From Octopus bimaculoides (taxonomy: Eukaryota), in contig NC_068990.1 of NCBI RefSeq assembly GCF_001194135.2, positions 77,987,458 through 78,051,457 of the forward strand: a stretch of DNA of 64,000 nt, read 5' to 3'. A model generated the notes under the pieces. It saw nothing but the letters and a program-made list of their open reading frames with translations. It ran no database searches and was not told the origin of the DNA. Numbering within the stretch: position 1 is the first letter of the stretch; each line of letters starts with the position of its first letter. Made by a program: the position numbers and the translations under genes. Shown here in pieces: positions 24,413 through 37,711 of this stretch.

Positions 24413-25037
24413 TAATTGGCAGTTCTTTGTTGTTGTGTTATTTGACTGCAGGTCAGTACTAAAAAAGTAAATTTATAAACCAGTCATGGACAAACTGCAG
24501 CCTGCAGGACTTTCTGGATGGTACGCCTTAGGAACACAGAGGTGCCCGAGATGATGCCATATGAAATTTGTATGAAACTACTAACACTGGCAGTACTAAG
24601 GTAAAATACGAAAGTAAACAGCAAACATTCCTGCCTGAGGTGGTACGTTGTGTTCTGGAGCTAAACCCATCAGTTTGTGTTGCTCCAGTTCACTCAACTG
24701 TAAATAAGTAGCCCTGTGATGGACTGGCATCCAGGTAGAATGTTGAGACCTCTGTCACTTATACACCATGGAAACCATATCCAAGTAATTGAGACAGTAA
24801 TGTACAGGATAATTAATAATAATAATGATTAACTTCTATGGAAGCCTATCTTAGAGAATGTCCCTCATCTTAAGTGGTACTCTTAATCCCTCACTTGGTT
24901 TTACACCAACATTTTGACATCTTTTGTTTGCAGCGTCGTCTCTATTACAAGAATTCATGCCGATTCTTCATTCTGAGGATAATATTCTCCCACCAGACTT
25001 GGAAATTTTGAAAGAAGCTATTACACACACAAACAAA

Positions 25038-25270
25038 TGGCGGTGAGCTGGCAGAACCGTTAGCACACCGGGCGAAATGCTTATCGGTATTTCGTCTGCC
25101 CGCTACGTTCTGAGTTCAAATTCCGCCGAGGTTGACTTTACCTTTCATCCTTTCGGGGTCGATTAAATAAGTACCAGTTACGCATTGGGGTCGATATAAT
25201 CGATTTAATCCATTTGTCTGTCCTTGTTTGTCCCCTCTGTGTGTAGCCCCTTGTGGGTAGTAAAGAAATA
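25038..25270 (+). mobile_element. SINE family B (head ggcggtgagctggcagaa...ttctgagttcaaattccgccgaggt)
   Basis: Near-identical copy at 27055-27283. Clusters of decayed copies lie at 13190-14165, 18885-19520, 26355-26720 and 46185-46400. Confidence 0.88.
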
Positions 25271-25367
25271 ACACACAAACAAACAAACAAACAAAGCCTA
25301 AGAAGGTAAAAGAATGATCCTTTATCTGTATACTTATATTTATTTGTTTCTTTTCTTCTCTTTCCAG

Positions 25368-25528
25368 GAGTTCTAAAAGATTATCTAAGGGAACTTCCAG
25401 AACCACTATTTACTAATGTGTTGTACCAAATGTTGTTGGACGCTCTTACCGTGCGTCTTCCAGGAGACCCTGATGGAAGTGCCAAACTCATGCTTAGTAT
25501 TTTAGAATGTTTACCCAAGGCTAATCAG
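25368..25528 (+). CDS. SYD-1: Internal coding exon of a SYD-1/SYDE (RhoGAP100F-like) Rho GTPase-activating protein, central RhoGAP domain
   Basis: Pyrimidine tract + CAG acceptor (ttttcttctctttccag|) and CAG|GTAACA donor. Phase-1 start reads (G)VLKDYLRELPEPLFTNVLYQMLLDALTVRLPGDPDGSAKLMLSILECLPKANQ. LKDYLRELPEPL is the RhoGAP core motif, and the following segment resembles Drosophila RhoGAP100F/SYDE as I recall them. Confidence 0.93.
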
Positions 25529-25950
25529 GTAACACTTATTATTTTTTTTATTCTATATTAATTTTGGAAAGATTTCATAATCGGTCGAGTATCAGAACAA
25601 AATGGCTTGTGGTTTTAATTATAGCCCTTTACATTCAGAGTTCAAATTATGTCATGGTCAACTTTGCCCTTCATCCTTCTGGGGTCCATGAAATAACAGT
25701 AAAAAACTATGGTCAGTTTGATCAACTAGTGTACTTTACCAATCTACCAGAAACTGCACCAGGTTCTTTTTTATAAGATTCTTGTTTTAATCTGATCTAA
25801 ATTAAAACCATTCACATTAGTTTCATGCTAATTTATATTCCTAATATAGTTTAATAATGCTAAAGTTGGGAAAGTGTCTTCTACTGTAGCCTCAGACCAA
25901 CCAAAGCCTTGTGAGTGGATTTGGTAGACAGAAACTTAAAGAAGCCTGTC

Positions 25951-25991
<41 letters not shown>

Positions 25992-27616
25992 ACAAATAAT
26001 AAATGAGTATATGCATATATACGTACAGGTATGTGCATACCTATGTCTACCTGTATATATAGGTGCATACCTGGGTACAGGACATTTCAAACAAAACGTA
26101 GACAAGAAAATAATAATAACCAGAGTACAGAAAACACACAAGCCACATAGAGAACATTTTCCTTCATCAGCTACCCCCGTTTTAACACCGGCGTTTCGAA
26201 GGTCACAATCAAATAACAAACAAGTAAAAGAATAAAAGAATATATATCAAAAGAGTGTATATACACACATATATACATAAAACTGTATTTATTTATATAA
26301 ACTGGAAGTAGTTAAAGGATGAATCCACCTGATAAATTCTTACAATATTTGTTCTGACTAAGGCAGCAAGCTAGTAAAACTGTTAGCCCGCCATGTAAAA
26401 TGCTATTTTTACGTTCTAAGTTCAAATGCTATTGGGATCAACTTTACTTTTCATCCTTACAGGGTCAATAAAACAAGTACCTGTTGAGCAACAGAGGTTG
26501 ATTTCATTGACTTAGCCCTTTCCCCGCATTTGCTGGCCTTCTGCCAAAATTTGAAACCAATATTTGTTGTGACACATTTTGAGTTCAAATCCCACCTAAG
26601 TCAACTTTGCTATTAATTCCTCTATAGCTAATAAAGTACCAGCCAAGTATAAACAAAACCCCTACCACCTCTTACCAAATTTCAGCCTTTCTTTTCTATG
26701 TTGGGCTGTGGATATCAGTGAGCTGAACAAAATTCCTTACAGAACTTTGTGATAGCTGTTTTACATTGTGTGTTCAAACATTGCAGGGGTCCATTATGCC
26801 TTTCATTTTTAAGAAATTATTAATCCTTTCTATAATAGGCACAAGATCTGAAATTTTGGGAGAGGGGTCAGTTGATTACATTGACCCAGTGTTCAACTGG
26901 TACTTATTTTGTTGACCCTCAAAGTTGATCTTGGCAGAATTTGTGCTCAGAACTTAAAGATACACAAAAAGCTGTTGAGCATTTTGTGTGGTGTGCCAAA
27001 GATCCTGCTAACACACCACCTTTAAAAACTTATTAATTACTATCAATTTAAAAGCAGTGAGCTGGCAGAATCATTAGCATGTCAGGCGAAATGCTTTGCA
27101 ATATTTCATCTGTCTTTACGTTCTGAGTTCAAATTCCGCCGCGGTTGACTTTGCCTTTTATCCTTTCTGGGTCGATTAAATAAGTACCAGTTATGCACTG
27201 GGGTCAATATAATTGACTTAATCCATTTGTCTGTCCTTGTTTGTCCCCTCAGTGTGTAGCTCCTTGTGGGCAGTAAAGACATAAGAATCATTAGCATGCC
27301 GGACAAAATGCTTAGCAGTATTTCTTTTAGCTCTTTACATTCCACGTTCAAATTCTGCCTAGGTTGACCTTGCCTTTCATCCTTTTAGGATTGATAAAAT
27401 CAGTACCAACTGAGCACTGGGGTCAATGTAATTGACTAAACCTCCCCACCAAAAAAATTTCAGGCCTTGTGCTCATAAAAGGCAGAATTAATAGTTTTCG
27501 ATTTAAGTATCTCTCTTGTCATAAAATAAGATATCATTACAATGGTTCTTTAGAATCATTAGAATAACAGACAAAATGCTATGTGGTATTCAGTTGCATC
27601 CTTTTACATTCTGCAT

Positions 27617-27845
27617 TTAACTCTTTAGCATTCAGACCAGCCATATCCAGCCTAAATATTTGACCTCCAATGTGTTCAAAATTGGTCAGATCCAACCTCT
27701 TAAACTTACCCCAGAATATCATTCCCGAAGTAACGAGTCACATCATGGAAATCTCACAGCTATGAAATAATGCATGATTAATTCAATATAATGTGATTAA
27801 ATAAGCATCACATTTAGTAGAATGATCTGAATACAAAAGGGCTAG
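27617..27845. mobile_element. piggyBac-like (TTAA-flanked) MITE; relatives at 32075-32433 (internally duplicated) and 45668-45820 (truncated by a SINE)
   Basis: Left end ttaa+ctctttagcattcaga, inverted right end tctgaatacaaaaggg. The body (cagatctggcctctcacac...gctacaagataatgcatgatt) is shared among the copies. Confidence 0.6.
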
Positions 27846-28545
27846 AATCCCCTTACGAATCAACTTTACATTTCATTCTTTTGAGATCAAAAAATTAAAT
27901 ACCAGTCAAATAATGAAGCTCATTCAATTAACTATAGCCACCTCTAAATATTTATTGTTTTATATCATAAATCAGTAGACCCTTTTGCTTCCTATTTTAT
28001 TCAGATAGACCCTCACAGCTATTCGATGATTAAAAAATCCTGTTATATTTTGCTAATTAAATATATTATAAGGAATTGTATTTATTGTTTTAATTTTTTT
28101 GCATGTTTCAGTCAGTTGACTGTGGCCATGCTGGAGAACCACCTTACAAAGAATAAGTATTTTGTAAGCCTGGTACTTATTCTATTGGCCTCTTTTGCCA
28201 TACCGCTAAGTTACAGAGACATAAACACATCACCATCGGTCGCCAAGCAATGGTGGTGGGGAGAAACACAAAAACAAAGACACATACACATAAATATATA
28301 TATATATACACACATACCTACACATACATGCATCCACACACATACACANNNNNNNNNNAGATAAATATATGTATACAAATAAATGATTTGAAGAAGATTT
28401 TTGTTTTATAAAAAAAGCCATTACTTTTATACCTAGTGTGCATTTTCTTTGTTTCTTTTTACTTTTCCCTTATATAGGTTGACTTTGCCTTTCATCCTTT
28501 TAGGATCGATAAAATAAGTTCCAACTGAGCACTGGGGTCTCTCTC

Positions 28546-28990
28546 CAATGCCGCCAGGAGTGCTACATCATTTGTGTGATGTGGAAAATATTCCATCAAT
28601 ATTGCACAAATGATGTCAGCATCAATTTTAAAATCCATCCAAGACTTGGCCCCCGTGCTATCCTCCCACTACAAAAATCGAACTTGGAACACACAGCAAC
28701 ATTATGTCACAATTACTTTGCTTCAACCAGTCAAGCTCTCGTTAATACCATACCAAAATACATCAAAACAGAAACGGATCCCATAAAATTCAAATGTTCA
28801 CTGGATAAATTTCTTCAAAATATCCCAGACCAACCTCCTTCACCCAGATATGTCTCCAACAATAATAACTCTTTGCTAGAGTGGGCCATGGTGCCCCATA
28901 TATGACTAAAAGACTTCACCAGGTGGTGCTATTAAGTTAGACATAGCCTAGGCCTAAACTGGCCGAAACCTATCAAAGTTATCAAAGTCA
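28546..28990 (+). mobile_element. CR1/L2-group LINE 3' remnant
   Basis: NTIPKYIKTETDPIKFKCSLDKFLQNIPDQPPSPRYV..NSLLEW resembles the CR1-group C-terminal FKxxLDKFLxxIPDQP. A short tandem tail (tatcaaagt)2 follows. Confidence 0.7.
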
Positions 28991-29689
28991 TATATATATA
29001 TATATATACAACAGTTTTCTTTCAGTTTCCATGTACCAAATCCACTCACAAGGCTTTGGTCGGTTTGAGGCTATAGTAGAAGACACTTGCCCAAGGTGCC
29101 ACACAGTGGGACTGAACTCAGAACCATGTGGTTGGGAAGCAAGCTTCTTACTACACAGCCATGCCTGTGCTTATTTTTTGAAAAATTCTTAAAATATTTT
29201 GTATATTTAATAAGTAGAACCAATTATTTGTGCATACATTTTAACAACAAAATCTTGTATGAACTCCAAGGGTCATGTAGGCCCTCAAAAGTCATATGGA
29301 CTGTGCTTGAGAACCATTACTATAAATGAAATTTATGTTTTTTATTGCTTTAGTAATTGCATTGCATGATGGGAATGTATTGCCATATTGAAGTGGTGTG
29401 ATACAGAATTCTTGTATTTCTTTGTCATCAGAGAGAGTGAGTCATAGATATTTAGAGATAGTTATTTATGTGTGTGTATGTATAACTAAATGTATCTATG
29501 TGCATATGTTTGTGTGTGTGTGTGTGTGTGTGTATAACTAAATGTATCTATGTGCATATGTGTGTGTGTGTGTATACACACACACGCACACACACATGTA
29601 TATGTTGATGTTTGTTTTTATGATCAGTTATAATAAAAACAGTTTTACATTAATTTGATGGGTTTACTCTATACTTTTGTAGAATAAAA

Positions 29690-29829
29690 TTTATTATTCT
29701 TAAACAAGATTATCATTGATAGTGATTTCAAAATTTTAGCCAGTTAAGCCATTGTCATCAGTCTGACAATGGCTTAACTCACCGAAATTTCAAAGTCACT
29801 ATCAATAATATTCTTGTTGAATAATAAAT
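29690..29829. repeat. Short hairpin repeat (about 65-bp arms, loop tcagtc)
   Basis: gttaagccattgtca / tgacaatggcttaac is perfect; the outer arms ttattattc..gatagtga / tcactatc..gaataataa are imperfect. Confidence 0.8.
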
Positions 29830-30031
29830 ACACACACACACACACACACACGTGGTGATGTGCCTGGCTGTATACTAAGAAGCTTGCTTCCAAAACACAT
29901 GGTTCTGGGTTCAGTGCCACTGCATGGCACCTTGGGCAAGTGTCTTCTACTATAGCTTCAGGCTGACCGCAGCTTTGGATTTGGTTGATGGAAACTAAAA
30001 GATGTTTGTCGTATGTATGTATATATGTATG

Positions 30032-30069
<38 letters not shown>

Positions 30070-30744
30070 NNNNNNNNNNNNNNNNNNNNNNNNNNNNNNN
30101 NNNNNNNNNNNNNNNNNNNNNNNNNNNNNNNNNNNNNNNNNNNNNNNNNNNNNNNNNNNNNNNNNNNNNNNNNNNNNNNNNNNNNNNNNNNNNNNNNNNN
30201 NNNNNNNNNNNNNNNNNNNNNNNNNNNNNNNNNNNNNNNNNNNNNNNNNNNNNNNNNNNNNNNNNNNNNNNNNNNNNNNNNNNNNNNNNNNNNNNNNNNN
30301 NNNNNNNNNNNNNNNNNNNNNNNNNNNNNNNNNNNNNNNNNNNNNNNNNNNNNNNNNNNNNNNNNNNNNNNNNNNNNNNNNNNNNNNNNNNNNNNNNNNN
30401 NNNNNNNNNNNNNNNNNNNNNNNNNNNNNNNNNNNNNNNNNNNNNNNNNNNNNNNNNNNNNNNNNNNNNNNNTCTTTGTGCAGCTGAAGATTGCTCTGCA
30501 TTTTAAATTGATGTAATGGTTGCATTGTTTAATTAAATGGAGTTGCATGAAACGATTGTACTGCATTACCTCTGGATATCCTTGTTGCTTATTTTGATTA
30601 TATATATATATATATATATATTATTATAAAATCTGGTAATTAGTCATATATTAATTAATATCGATTAATTATCAGGAGGCCAGCACATCTAAAGAATCAA
30701 AGAGATTCAGAAATATTATCTGCAATCTCAGGGGATTAAGGTAC

Positions 30745-30776
<32 letters not shown>

Positions 30777-31814
30777 ATATATCTATGTGTGTGTGTCTTT
30801 ATGTCTGTGTTTATCCCCCACATCACCACTTGACAACTGGTGTTGGTGTTTCTATGACGTGTAACTTAGCAGTTTGGCAAAAGAAACCAATAGAATAAGT
30901 ACTAGGCTTTAAAAAAATAAGTCCTATAGTCAATTTGTTGGACTAAAATCCTTCAAGGCAATACTCTAGCATGGCCACTGTCAAATGACTGAAATAAGTA
31001 AAAGAATAAAAGAATATATATGCATGTATATATGTATATATATGCTCTCCATTCTCACTCTTTGTCTCTCTCTTTCATTCTCTCACTATACACACACACA
31101 CACATATATATATATATACATGTGTGTGTATTTACCATCATCATCATCATCATCATTTTATGTCTGCCTTCCTTGCTAGCATGGGTTGGACGGTTTAACT
31201 GAGGACTGACAAGCCAGGAGGCTGTACCAGACTCCAATTTGATCCGGCAAGGTTTCTACAGTTTGATGCCCTTCCTAATGCCAACCACTCTGAGAGTGCA
31301 GTTGGTGCTTTTTATATCCCACCACTATGGGGACCAGTCAGGTGGCATTGGCATCGACCACACTTCAATGGTGCTTTTTACATGTCACCAGCATGGGAGC
31401 TAGTCAGGCAGCACTGGCATTGACCATGCTGGAATGATACTTTTTATGTGCTACCAGCATGGGTGCCAGTCAAATGGCACTGGCATCAGCCATGACTACA
31501 ATTTTGCTTGACTTAACAGGTCTTCTCAAGCACAGTATATTGCCAAAGAAATGAAGGGTATTTTTAAACATGCTGGTAATGTGACACTGGCATCAGCCAC
31601 TGCTACGATCTCATTTGATTTGCCAAGTCTTCTCAATCACAGCATGTCTTCAAAAATCTCAGTCGCTTGTCATTGCCTCTGTGAGGCCCAACATTCAAAG
31701 GTCATACTTCACCACTTTTATGCAATTGATCCTATGGAAACTGATATCATTTTTTGTAATTTGTTCTTGTCATGTCCCATCACTCCTAAACCTTGTGAAA
31801 AAAGTTTTTAAAAT

Positions 31815-31819
31815 CATCG

Positions 31820-31883
<64 letters not shown>

Positions 31884-32060
31884 GTGATTAAAACTCACAG
31901 CTTATTTTGCTAGGTATGACAGAAAGTGTCAACTGTCCACACCCAGCAGACTAAAGTGACACTTGTTTACTGGTCATGCTTTAAGAATTCTGCAAAGAAT
32001 TCTTGCAGTTCCAAGCAATGCTGATTTTTGTAGGTGTTCTACCTTCACACTTACCGAAAT
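31815..32060 (-). mobile_element. 3' end of another R4/Dong-like LINE with (AAT)n tail
   Basis: Minus strand reads VKVEHLQKSALLGTARILCRILKA*, then a short UTR and a long (AAT)n. Confidence 0.8.
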
Positions 32061-32794
32061 ATTTTACTTCTTTTATGATCAAACCAGCCAGATCTGGCCT
32101 CTCACACCAACCCTACAATTTCATTCTAAAAATTAACAGTTACCTCATCAAAATCTCAAAGCTACAAGATAATGCATGATTAATTAATGATGTGAACAAA
32201 TGAGGAATATTTTTAAGAGAATAATGTGAATGCTAAAAGCCCAAATATCCTACCTGTTTTATGTTCAAACCAGCCAGATCTAGCCTCTCACACCTGCCCT
32301 ACCATGTCATTTTAAAATTTAACAATCACATCAATAAAATCTTGAAGCTACAAGATAATGCATGATAAGCTTAAAGCAATGAGATTAAATAAGGATTACA
32401 TTTGACAGAATAATCTGAACGCTAAACGGTTAATCCCATTCTCCCTCAGTTTCCTATAAATTCAATAGGGAGCAGCCCATCTCTCCTCCATTGGAACCTT
32501 CCTCTCCAAACGGAAATTTGAAGAAGTCAATGAGGGCTTGGCTTAAAAGAAAGGTGTCTGTTCTGTTCTCAGATTTTTCAGTCTTGTCCACCACACAGGC
32601 TCTTTGTCATAGCAACCACCAGATAGAGGGAGAAAACAAAAAAAAAACAAATTCTTGTAATTTCCAACCAAAGAGAAATGGAGAAACAACCAAAACCCCA
32701 CCCCCCACCCATGAGAGACTTCGGCTGGTAACTGGCTCTGTCTTATATGTGATAATGTTGACGATGACTAGAGTAACAACAATGATAACAATGT

Positions 32795-32901
<107 letters not shown>

Positions 32902-33504
32902 TCGACTACCAAGTGATCATCATTATCACTATCATCAGCACTCCCATCATCATCATCACTACCACAACACCACCACCACCAACACCACCACCAACACCAC
33001 CACCAACACCACCACCAACACCACCACCACCAACACCACCACCACCAACACCATCACCTCCTCCTCCTCCACCATCACCATTGTCATCATCATCATCATC
33101 ATCATCATGGTGATGGTGACTAGTTATATACTGTCTGTACATCCATTTAGTTGAAACAACAGAAGCTATGTCAAACAAGGTTATATATATATATATGACC
33201 ACCCAAGAGTATAAACATTGTAACTCCTGGGATTTTCTGCCCAAACTCTTTTTCTTACATTAGCTACGTACACTGGTCACTGACACAGGCTGAAAGCTCT
33301 TTCGGTAATTGAAGATCTGCATATACAGTTCTAGATTAGAGAATCGGCTGTTAACATATGAAAGATCCATGTGGGTGTGGACCAGTGTATTGGCCATGTA
33401 TGAATATATGTGTGTATGTATGCATGCATGTATGTCAGTGTGGGGGCAGTATATTTGTGTGCATGTGTGTGTGTATGTGTGTGTGTGTGTGCGCATGCGT
33501 GCGT

Positions 33505-33713
33505 GTGTGTATTTTCTTAGAATTCCATGTTTATGTGTAGATACATGTGTATATTTATGTGCATGTTATGATATATATGTATGTGTGTATGTGTGTATGA
33601 GTGAGTGCGTATGTGTGTGTTTGTGTGTGTGTGTGTGTGTGTGCATTTTCTTAGAATTCCGTGTATTTGTAAAGATATATGTGTATATTTATATGCATGT
33701 TATGGTACATATG

Positions 33714-33763
<50 letters not shown>

Positions 33764-33860
33764 TGTGTATGCTTGTATTTTCTTAGAATTGCATGTTTAT
33801 GTGTAGATACATGCATATATTTATATGTATGTTATGGTATATATGTATACATGTGCGTTG
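33505..33860. repeat. Three-copy minisatellite (period about 133 bp) with embedded (GT)n
   Basis: The unit core ttttcttagaattccatgtttatgtgtagatacatg recurs at about 33511, 33645 and 33778. Confidence 0.85.
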
Positions 33861-34836
33861 TGTGTATGTGTCTGTTGTGTGTGTGCGTGTGTGTGTGTGT
33901 ATGAGTGTGTAACTATACATATATATATAAATATATCACTAAGATCACATACATATATGCATGCATGCATGCACACACACTCACATACGCACACACACTC
34001 ACATACGCACACTAACACATACATATGTATGTGAGTTTATGTATACATGTATGTAAGTGTATATGACTGTAAACAGTCTATGCATGTATATCAAACATAT
34101 CAATATATATGATGTATAATATCGAATACTTTCTTTTTCATCAAATTACAATGATCTGTGATTATATATATATATANNNNNNNNNNNNNNNNNNNNNNNN
34201 NNNNNNNNNNNNNNNNNNNNNNNNNNNNNNNNNNNNNNNNNNNNNNNNNNNNNNNNNNNNNNNNNNNNNNNNNNNNNNNNNNNNNNNNNNNNNNNNNNNN
34301 NNNNNNNNNNNNNNNNNNNNNNNNNNNNNNNNNNNNNNNNNNNNNNNNNNNNNNNNNNNNNNNNNNNNNNNNNNNNNNNNNNNNNNNNNNNNNNNNNNNN
34401 NNNNNNNNNNNNNNNNNNNNNNNNNNNNNNNNNNNNNNNNNNNNNNNNNNNNNNNNNNNNNNNNNNNNNNNNNNNNNNNNNNNNNNNNNNNNNNNNNNNN
34501 NNNNNNNNNNNNNNNNNNNNNNNNNNNNNNNNNNNNNNNNNNNNNNNNNNNNNNNNNNNNNNNNNNNNNNNNNNNNNNNNNNNNNNNNNNNNNNNNNNNN
34601 NNNNNNNNNNNNNNNNNNNNNNNNNNNNNNNNNNNNNNNNNNNNNNNNNNNNNNNNNNNNNNNNNNNNNNNNNNNNNNNNNNNNNNNNNNNNNNNNNNNN
34701 NNNNNNNNNNNNNNNNNNNNNNNNNNNNNNNNNNNNNNNNNNNNNNNNNNNNNNNNNNNNNNNNNNNNNNNNNNNNNNNNNNNNNNNNNNNNNNNNNNNN
34801 NNNNNNNNNNNNNNNNNNNNNNNNNNNNNNNNNNNN

Positions 34837-35124
34837 GATCTTACTTGGCTTGCCGGGTCTTCTCACGCACAGCCCATTTCCAAAGGTCTCGGTCCGTAGT
34901 CATCGCCTCGGTGAGGCCCAATGTACGAAGGTCTTGCCTCACCACCTCAGCCCAGGTCTTCCTGGGCCTACCTCTTCCACGGGTTCCCTCAACTGTTAGG
35001 GTGTGGCACTTTTTCACGCAGCTATCCTCCTCCATTCTCACCACATGTCCATACCAGCGCAATCGTCTCTCTTGCACGCCACAACTGATGCTTCTAATGT
35101 TCAGCTTTTCTCTCAAGATACTTA

Positions 35125-35127
<3 letters not shown>
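34837..35127 (-). mobile_element. Well-preserved RTE-clade LINE ORF C-terminal fragment, running into a gap
   Basis: SILREKLNIRSISCGVQERRLRWYGHVVRMEEDSCVKKCHTLTVEGTRGRGRPRKTWAEVVRQDL contains the LRWxGHVxRM and RGRPRKTW motifs. Confidence 0.9.
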
Positions 35128-35173
<46 letters not shown>

Positions 35174-35474
35174 CGCACTCAAGCATATACATATATATAT
35201 GTGTATGTACACTTATATATTAACTTTTTATGTTTTGTATGTGCATTTGGTTGTGTATGTGTGTGTGTGTATGTGTTCTGATACTAGTTATTCCGCAAAA
35301 GGTTTTAGCCAAGTATCCATACAAATATTAATCTGAGTAGATAAGAGAAATTCTCAATGGATATGAATTCACCAAGTAAAGCTAAACATAGGCATGGGTA
35401 TGGTTGTGTGGTAAGAAGCTTGCTTCCCAACCACATGGTCCCGGGTTCAGTCCCGGGTTCAGTCCCACCATGTG

Positions 35475-35604
35475 CAGGGCTGGCCCTAGGGTTGCTGGTG
35501 CTACAGTCAAGCAGAACTTGTCTTTGTTACATCCTCCTTGGTGCCCCTTAGCACAAGGCATCCTGGGTGACTGCCTGAGTTGCCGGTACCTTGAGCCAGC
35601 CCTG
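35475..35604. mobile_element. 130-bp hAT-like MITE inserted into a SINE
   Basis: TIRs cagggctggc / gccagccctg. The 8-bp flanks accatgtg and accgcata can both derive from accgcgtg by transition mutations. Confidence 0.7.
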
Positions 35605-35722
35605 ACCGCATAGCACTTGGACAAGTGTCTTCTACTATAATGTCAGGTTGACCAAAGCCTTGTGAGTGGATTTGGTAGACAGAAACTGAAAGAAGCCAGC
35701 CATATATGTATATAATGATATA

Positions 35723-35761
<39 letters not shown>

Positions 35762-36155
35762 GGGAGTAAGCACATGAAATGTGCAACAAGGTGGAAAAAG
35801 GAGTACTCAAATACCAGAGGTAGAGTAATATGCTTTATTTAAAAGCAGCAGAAATATAAGAAAAGAATCTTACTCTGAGTTTCACGTTCCCGTTNNNNNN
35901 NNNNNNNNNNNNNNNNNNNNNNNNNNNNNNNNNNNNNNNNNNNNNNNNNNNNNNNNNNNNNNNNNNNNNNNNNNNNNNNNNNNNNNNNNNNNNNNNNNNN
36001 NNNNNNNNNNNNNNNNNNNNNNNNNNNNNNNNNNNNNNNNNNNNNNNNNNNNNNNNNNNNNNNNNNNNNNNNNNNNNNNNNNNNNNNNNNNNNNNNNNNN
36101 NNNNNNNNNNNNNNNNNNNNNNNNNNNNNNNNNNNNNNNNNNNNNNNNNNNNNNN

Positions 36156-36199
<44 letters not shown>

Positions 36200-36805
36200 T
36201 ATACATGCATATATGTACATACATCTATACATAAATAAATGCATATGTGAGCACAAGACATCTTAAAACGTGTACAACAAAAAAATATGAAGTACGGGTA
36301 CACGGAATAGGAACTAATTTTTCGAACAACAAAAGACACAATTGGAAAACAAGACAAACAATATAAGGAACGACCCTTCATCAGTTGTTGGCTGTTTTTC
36401 TACTCTCATATTTTGAGCATTTAACAACAATATACGCTTTCGATAAAACATTTGCTCCCACAAAGCAAATTAAAAATAAAATTTGGGATTTTGCGGAGGG
36501 TCAAAATTGGTAACACAAACAGGACAGTGCAAAAAAACAGGAAGGGCTGCTAAGCCTAAATGAGGTTGTGGTGGCAAACACGTAAATCAAGCTTGGACAG
36601 GAGACAGACAAGAATATGTCTTCCATGTTCAAGCTACAACGGAGAGAAAGAAAGAAACAGAAGTTAGGAGAAGAAAGAAAGATGGCCGAATGTCACGTGG
36701 GAGCCACATGAGCAAGAGAGGAGGAGTGAGGGAGAGAGAGAGCATGATAGGAAAAAATTCCAGTGAACAATAATAACATCTTACCTCTGCTAGGTCAGCA
36801 AAACA

Positions 36806-36836
<31 letters not shown>

Positions 36837-37640
36837 CTTTTATTCTTTTGTTCTTTTACTTGTTTCAGTCATTTGACTGTGGCCATGCTGGAACACTGCC
36901 TTGAAGAGTTTTTAGTCGAATGAATTGACTCCAGTATTTATTTCTTTTTAAAGCCTGGTACTTATTCTATCGGTACTTTGTGCCAAACTTCAAAGTTACA
37001 GGGACGTAAACACACTAACACCAGTGAGCCAGCAGTGATGGGATGGGGGACAAACACAGACACAAAGGCACACACACATAGATGTGTGTGTGTGTATAAA
37101 CAACAGGCTTCTTTCAGTTTCTGTTTACTAAATCCCCTCATAAGGCTTTGGTTGGCTCAGGGCTTTAGTAGAAGACACTTGCCCAAGGTGCAATGCTGTG
37201 TGACTGAACCAGGAATCATGTAGTTGGAAACCAAGCTTCTTACCATGCTATATATATGCTACAAAAATGTTTAAGAAAACATGAAGACGAGGGGTAGGAA
37301 ATGAACAAATGGTATATATTATGTTTATGCTCAGGTGAAATATGAAGTCTTACATTTCAAGGATATGTTCTTCTTCAGAAAGAATCAATCACTGCATGTA
37401 TGCATGCGTGTATGTACGTATGTATATAAAGATGATATGTAAAAGTGGAGTACACTAGCAGTTAAATAGTACAAGGGAGATAATCACTTTTTCATAACAT
37501 CTGGTGGGATTATAAGTTTGAATTTGAAATTGAGGAATTTAAAAAATGCACAGAATACACATGCTTAATTTTCTACTTTTGCTTACTCGTTACAAAGGTC
37601 TTAAAGTATCTAGTCTTAAGTAATCATGTGTATGTGTGTG

Positions 37641-37711
<71 letters not shown>

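Noticed and set aside
24934-25042. Exon-like segment (acceptor ttttgtttgcag; open frame SSLLQEFMPILHSEDNILPPDLEILK; donor-like G|GTGAGC) just upstream of the RhoGAP exon
   Set aside because: It does not resemble the expected YRLCGS...DINVIT sequence, the donor is the head of a family-B SINE, and the open frame's end phase is incompatible with exon 25368.
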